Positions 33,345 to 38,030 of a DNA stretch of 38,030 nt are shown in pieces. This DNA is from a virus (taxonomy: Duplodnaviria; Caudoviricetes). The DNA is taken from the IMG/VR virus record IMGVR_UViG_3300038492_000288, positions 1 through 38,030 of that record, one strand, 5' to 3'. Each line of letters opens with the position of its first letter. The stretch's first letter is position 1. Made by a program: the position numbers and the translations under genes. Below the pieces are notes generated by a model. The model did no database searches. It was not told where the DNA came from and saw only the letters and a program-made list of their open reading frames with translations.

Positions 33345-34554
33345 TCTCTTCTCCTACAGGAACAAGATTTGCCATTCGATAGTATTGGTCGCCGCCTTCG
33401 TACTCTGGCCAATCTTCAAGCCTGGCGACCATGTTGGGATTGATGACAGCGTGCTGGATCATCGCTGAGTAGAACTCTTTGCGCGTGGTCATGTCTCCGC
33501 GCATCAGTCCTTGTGCCTTCAGCTTGATGTAATCGCCGCTGTCCAGCATCAGCTTGCGATTGAATTCCTGCTCAATTCGTACCATCCATGGAAGCAGCGT
33601 GAACATGACGAAGGCGATGTTCTGCTGCTCGATGCCTGTGCCCCATGAGGTGTTCTTCGTCAGCTCACCGATCATGTTCAAAGGCACACCGAAGAATCGA
33701 GCGATTTCCTCGATCCCGAATCGGCGCGATTCCAGCATCTCGGCGTCCTTGAATGACATCTGGATGTTCTCCCATGTCATTCCACCGTCGAGGAAGATGG
33801 TTTTTCCTGCATTGGCTACGCCTTGGTAGATCTTGTTGAACGTCTGCCTGAGATTTCTCAGCGCTGCCGGGCTGAATTCTCGTGGATGTGTGACCAGTCC
33901 AGACGGCATGGTGCCGTTCTTGTGCATGCGCTCACTGGACTTCTCCATTGAGATCACAAGCGACAGCATGACACGCGCCGATTTCCTGATCGCGTCGTAG
34001 CCCTGGAAACCGTCAACATTCAATCCGAGGATATGCAGCATGTTCCGTGATGGGATATTTCGCGTGTCACCGGGTTTGTTCGGATCTGCTGTGACCTTGT
34101 AGCTGACTTGTTTCTTGCCGTCGACGACTTCGACCTGGTTGTTCGGAATCGGGATCAGTTCGAATGCTTCACCATTTCCCTTGCGCCTGATCTCTACAAA
34201 CGCGTCACCCCAGAGTAGGGCCCTGATCATCATCCATTGAAAAAAACCGAACTTCGTGGTTTTCGTGTTCGGTTCTGCTGTGATGAGTTTCTTGTACTTG
34301 TGGTCAGTCTGCTCTTCGCCGTCAGAGCTGTATATTTTGATTGGTAACCCGGCGATTGTGTCGGCCAGCAGCATGACGCATCGAAAGACCGTTGAAACCG
34401 TGAGTGCTTTTTCCTCGTCGATCTTCACATCGCTCGATGCGTCGTTGATTGCTTCCGCATTTGAGAGAGGGACTTCGGGATCTTCGACGTTTGTGCTCTC
34501 GTCGTAAGCGCCATTCTGGAACCAGCTGATCGGGTTATACCATTTTCTGCTCAT
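33325..34554 (-). CDS. Portal protein, HK97 family
   Basis: VFRCV.LLA.TIA.LP, LLWGDAF, EIARFFGVP, LLPW..RIEQEFNRKL. Confidence 0.96.
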   Translation of the reverse strand: MSRKWYNPISWFQNGAYDESTNVEDPEVPLSNAEAINDASSDVKIDEEKALTVSTVFRCVMLLADTIAGLPIKIYSSDGEEQTDHKYKKLITAEPNTKTTKFGFFQWMMIRALLWGDAFVEIRRKGNGEAFELIPIPNNQVEVVDGKKQVSYKVTADPNKPGDTRNIPSRNMLHILGLNVDGFQGYDAIRKSARVMLSLVISMEKSSERMHKNGTMPSGLVTHPREFSPAALRNLRQTFNKIYQGVANAGKTIFLDGGMTWENIQMSFKDAEMLESRRFGIEEIARFFGVPLNMIGELTKNTSWGTGIEQQNIAFVMFTLLPWMVRIEQEFNRKLMLDSGDYIKLKAQGLMRGDMTTRKEFYSAMIQHAVINPNMVARLEDWPEYEGGDQYYRMANLVPVGEENENQTD

Positions 34555-36221
34555 AGCGACGTGGTCTCGTAGACTGATTTTGGCGGTGGCTCGTCATTGA
34601 TCCACCTTCCGATGGCCATGATTTCGCTCACAACCGGGTCTATTTTACATTTTTCTGAGTTCTCGTCACTTTTTCGCGGGAAAATATTGTCTTTCGCGTC
34701 TTTTCTGGCCGAAACGTTGCCGATCGCCCACGTCATGACTTCATCGCCTGAATGCTTGTAATTTCCGTCAAGAACGCGTGCTTCCAGCTCCTTCATAGGG
34801 TTCGACATGTTGCCGACTGTGTTGCGGAATTCGACGCATTCTATGCCCTCGGCCATGCAGTTTTGCATCATCTGTGGGCCATGGAACGGGTCAAAAGCGA
34901 CGCTGATCGCGTTGAAACGGGTGCAATCCTTGATCAGACTCGCTTCAATTTCGGCAAAGTCTGTGGCATTGCCTGGCGTGACAATGATGAGGCCTTTGTC
35001 TCTGAATTCTTGATAGGTTTCGTTCTCCTCGACCGCTTTCTCACAGATGAAGTACCGCCCAAATCCGATGTAGACGCCATCCACCTTGAAAACGATTCGA
35101 TAACAGGCGAGGTCTTTCTTCGAGGCGAGATCCACGGCAATGTGGCAGTCCATGCCTCTGAAATCGTCCAGTGTGAGGCTCTCGTCCTTGGCTTTGCGCC
35201 AGAAGATCATGTTCATCCACGCGACGCGCGCACCGACCCACTGGTTGCAGTGTTTTGTCCTGAATACGTTCTGTTTCGCTGCCGATCGGCGTGCGTTTTT
35301 GATTTTCCTGATGAGATCCGCTTTCTTGACGCTGACATCAAGGTTCGGATTTGCTTTGATCAGGTTCTCTGGATCGTCCCAGTCATCCTCATCGTCCAGA
35401 CAGAAGATGGCCACGAAGGTGTTTTCATCGGGTTCTTCGTCCTGTTTCGTCAGTATCCGGACGCAGAGTTGTCGCTTCTCGTAACATGGGCCTGCAAAGT
35501 TATCGCCTGCAGTGGTGATGATTGACAGGAGTGGTTGGTCTCGGGCGCCCATGCCCGTTTCCATGGCGTCATACAAATGCCATGTGCTGTGTTCGTGGAA
35601 TTCATCGGCCACTGCAAACGAAGGAGACTGTCCGTCACCGGGTTTCCCGGTCAGTGGCTCCATCTTGGAGTTGTCTTCGACGCTGTGGATGTTCTGGTGG
35701 CCGACCTTGAGGTTGTATCGCTTGCGCAGGCCTGCCAGCTTGTTGATCATGATCTTGGCTGGCGTGAAGACTTCCTCGGCCTGTTTCCTCGAGGTGGCAC
35801 CCATGTACACCTCTGCACCGTACTCGTCATCTGCTGTCAGCATGTAGACGGCACGTGCGGCCAGCCTCATTGATTTGCCGTTCTTCCGTGCTACTTCCTC
35901 GTATGATTCCACGAACCGCCTGGTGTCATCTTCTCGACGTAGCCATCCAAAGATGTTGCATTCGATGAACATCTGCCACGGCTCGAGCTTCAGGCGCAGG
36001 TTCTTTGATGCCCACTTGCCTTTCGTGTGCGGCATCTTCTCCATGAACCGGATTGCTCTGTCTGCTTTCTCCGGGCTGAAGTAGTAGTCGAAGTCGTTTG
36101 CTGCGGATCGCTCGAGGTCATCTATGAATCTTTCTGCGGCCAGCTTCATGTACTGACCGGAGTTGATCACGCCTTCGATGACGTCTTCAGCGTATAAGAG
36201 CGCGGTCTCTGAGGGTGTCAT
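34551..36221 (-). CDS. terL: Terminase large subunit (Terminase_1, cos type)
   Basis: ARKNGKS Walker A, ADEFH Walker B, ITTAG, KANPNL, VDLAS..D, KIDP. Confidence 0.97.
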   Translation of the reverse strand: MTPSETALLYAEDVIEGVINSGQYMKLAAERFIDDLERSAANDFDYYFSPEKADRAIRFMEKMPHTKGKWASKNLRLKLEPWQMFIECNIFGWLRREDDTRRFVESYEEVARKNGKSMRLAARAVYMLTADDEYGAEVYMGATSRKQAEEVFTPAKIMINKLAGLRKRYNLKVGHQNIHSVEDNSKMEPLTGKPGDGQSPSFAVADEFHEHSTWHLYDAMETGMGARDQPLLSIITTAGDNFAGPCYEKRQLCVRILTKQDEEPDENTFVAIFCLDDEDDWDDPENLIKANPNLDVSVKKADLIRKIKNARRSAAKQNVFRTKHCNQWVGARVAWMNMIFWRKAKDESLTLDDFRGMDCHIAVDLASKKDLACYRIVFKVDGVYIGFGRYFICEKAVEENETYQEFRDKGLIIVTPGNATDFAEIEASLIKDCTRFNAISVAFDPFHGPQMMQNCMAEGIECVEFRNTVGNMSNPMKELEARVLDGNYKHSGDEVMTWAIGNVSARKDAKDNIFPRKSDENSEKCKIDPVVSEIMAIGRWINDEPPPKSVYETTSL

Positions 36222-36223
36222 GG

Positions 36224-36691
36224 TCAGAAGCCTTCAAAGTCATCTTCTTCATCGGCTGTCTGGCCATCGAGGGGAGGCTCTGCGGATAGGCCAGCGCGTG
36301 CTGAAGGCGTCATTCCGAACTCCAGCATCATCTTGCGCATGTTCTCGAACTGTTTGTTCGCGATTCCTACGTACGGGTTCTGGTAAACAGTCTTGTTCTT
36401 GCTGACAACGACGAGACCGATTTCTTCGATCTTATCGATTGCCTCGCGCCACATGCTGTATGCCTTGCAGTACATCTCGAGCGCGGTGTAGTCGATCTCT
36501 GTCAACAGTCCGCATCGATGGAGCTCCCGCGAAACCTTACGCCAGTGTCGCTTGGTGCGGTTGTCGAGGTACTTCGGTGGGTTCTTGACTGTAGGAGCTT
36601 TCTTCGGTTGCGCTTCCGTTTTGTCAATCTTCCGCTTGCCTGGATTGCCTCCAAGCAGTTTCAGATGTGTTGGTTTACGCTTTGCGCCCAC
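36224..36691 (-). CDS. terS: Terminase small subunit, P27 family
   Basis: KPT.LKLL.GNPGKR, QNP, EFGMTPSARA. Confidence 0.95.
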   Translation of the reverse strand: MGAKRKPTHLKLLGGNPGKRKIDKTEAQPKKAPTVKNPPKYLDNRTKRHWRKVSRELHRCGLLTEIDYTALEMYCKAYSMWREAIDKIEEIGLVVVSKNKTVYQNPYVGIANKQFENMRKMMLEFGMTPSARAGLSAEPPLDGQTADEEDDFEGF

Positions 36692-38009
36692 GTTTCTTTA
36701 CCTCGTCGAACGTTTGACCAGTCTGTGCAAGCGTGGCTTCAAATCCAGTGAATTGCTGCCATCGATCAACTATCACATCTGTGAACCTCGGCTCGTACTC
36801 AATGAGGCGTGCTGATCGGCCCGCTTTCTCACATGCTATCAGAGTGGATCCGCTGCCGCCAAAGGCATCAAGGACGAGAGCACCCGGGCGAGAGCTGTTT
36901 TCGATCATCTCCTGAACCAGTTCGACTGGCTTCATCGTCGGGTGTTCCTTGTTCTTTGATGGCTTGTCGACGTGGATCACGTCCTCTGGTTTCATCTCGA
37001 TTATGCGCTCGAGGAGATCCACAAGATCCCGTTTGGACAGCTTGCTCACATCCAGTTCTGGATCCTCGATCACTGTGTTCAATGTGAAGTCTTTGCAGAA
37101 GTAGTGGCCCGCGCCTGGAGACCATCCGTAAAGGATCGGCTCGTGTCTCCAGTTGTAATCCTGCCTGCTCAGTGCCGCTGCCGACTTGACCCACACGAGA
37201 GTCTGCTTGTGCATAAAGCCTGCGTTGATAAATGCCCGGATGAACTGTGCGGCTGTGGTTTCCGCGTGCGCAACGTAGATCACACCGCCTGGCTTGTTGT
37301 TTTCGTTCATCCAGTGGAAGGCCTCGAACAGGAACTTTTCAAAGGCTGTGTCTTCCATGTTGTCATTTTCGATCTTCAGCTTTTCTTCCGTGCCGCCTTC
37401 GTAGTCCACGTTGTAGGGTGGGTCTGTCCAGATCATATCTGTCTTGTCGCCCTGCAGCAGATCCACGTACGTGTTCTCGCGTGTTGAGTCTCCGCATATT
37501 ACGCGGTGCCGGCCGAGGATCCAGACATCACCGGGAATGGTCACAGGCGTCTTTTTGACAGACGGGATCTTGTCGTCGTCGATCTTTCCTTCCTCGACCC
37601 TATCTGGAGCCAAAAGCTGCGCGATTTCATTCTCGTTGAAGAGGATGTGTCTCGCGTCCATGCCCATATCCACCAGCTCTGTGGTTTCTTCCATCAGCAT
37701 CTGGTTGTCCCATCCGGCCATGTCGCTGGTTTTGTTGTGTGCGATGAGGTATCCGCGTGATTCCATGTCATCGAGGTGCCCGAGTTCAATGATCGGGATC
37801 TGCTTCATCTTCAATAGCTGCGCGGCTCTCCAGCGTCCCTCGCCTACGATGATCGTGCCGTCTGATCTGACTTGGCATGGGTCGTTGAAACCGTAGCGCT
37901 TGATGGACCTGGCTATGGCCTCGATCTGTTTTTTGCTGTGAGTTCGGCTGTTCTTCTCAAAAGGCTTGAGACTGGTGGTCTCGACGTGTTTTATGCGTGC
38001 TTTGGTCAT
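36675..38009 (-). CDS. ParB-domain / DNA amino-methyltransferase fusion (beta class)
   Basis: N.RTHS..QI..IA.SI..YGF.DP (ParB); TDPPYNV; HPTMKP; LDAFGGSGSTL. Confidence 0.92.
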   Translation of the reverse strand: MTKARIKHVETTSLKPFEKNSRTHSKKQIEAIARSIKRYGFNDPCQVRSDGTIIVGEGRWRAAQLLKMKQIPIIELGHLDDMESRGYLIAHNKTSDMAGWDNQMLMEETTELVDMGMDARHILFNENEIAQLLAPDRVEEGKIDDDKIPSVKKTPVTIPGDVWILGRHRVICGDSTRENTYVDLLQGDKTDMIWTDPPYNVDYEGGTEEKLKIENDNMEDTAFEKFLFEAFHWMNENNKPGGVIYVAHAETTAAQFIRAFINAGFMHKQTLVWVKSAAALSRQDYNWRHEPILYGWSPGAGHYFCKDFTLNTVIEDPELDVSKLSKRDLVDLLERIIEMKPEDVIHVDKPSKNKEHPTMKPVELVQEMIENSSRPGALVLDAFGGSGSTLIACEKAGRSARLIEYEPRFTDVIVDRWQQFTGFEATLAQTGQTFDEVKKRGRKA

Positions 38010-38013
38010 TTGG

Positions 38014-38030
38014 GATCGTGACTGGGAAAC
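38014..38030 (-). other. Random-amplification primer (reverse complement), library artefact
   Basis: Exact reverse complement of 1-17. Confidence 0.93.

Noticed and set aside
25147-37896. Many long plus-strand ORFs (e.g. 25423-26178, 31142-31885, 32105-32806, 34752-35525)
   Set aside because: Antisense shadows of well-supported structural genes; no recognisable motifs.
1-38030. 17-bp perfect terminal inverted repeat suggesting a transposon, linear plasmid or protein-primed genome
   Set aside because: It is the SISPA primer sequence; no transposase, protelomerase or protein-primed polymerase is present.

Overview
Near-complete 38 kb genome of a lambdoid, HK97-like siphovirus, probably infecting a proteobacterium. 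The 17-bp terminal inverted repeat is a random-amplification (SISPA) primer, and the left end stops at a cos-like sequence. Minus strand, right to left: ParB/adenine methyltransferase, TerS, TerL, portal, ClpP-type protease, HK97 capsid, neck genes, tail tube, tail chaperone with a GGGAAAG -1 frameshift, tape measure and tail-tip genes (38009 to 21524); then Cro, O/P-like replication genes, nin-like region, a cytosine methyltransferase encoded in two nested frames, lysozyme, alpha/beta hydrolase, lipoprotein, an 880-aa lectin/esterase protein and HNH (13465 to 40). The plus strand (13589-21513) is an early operon with Bet/Exo, an SMC-like ATPase and many small ORFs. No CI or integrase was recognised. 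Most notable: (1) a structured non-coding segment behind cro whose loop is antisense to a motif in the leaders of all three early plus-strand units and to its own leader, suggesting RNA-based control in a CI-less phage; (2) a ~1 kb region coding in two frames for a split C5-methyltransferase with three PTP repeats; (3) an atypical lysis/head-spike cluster. All calls come from reading motifs by eye; no database searches were run.
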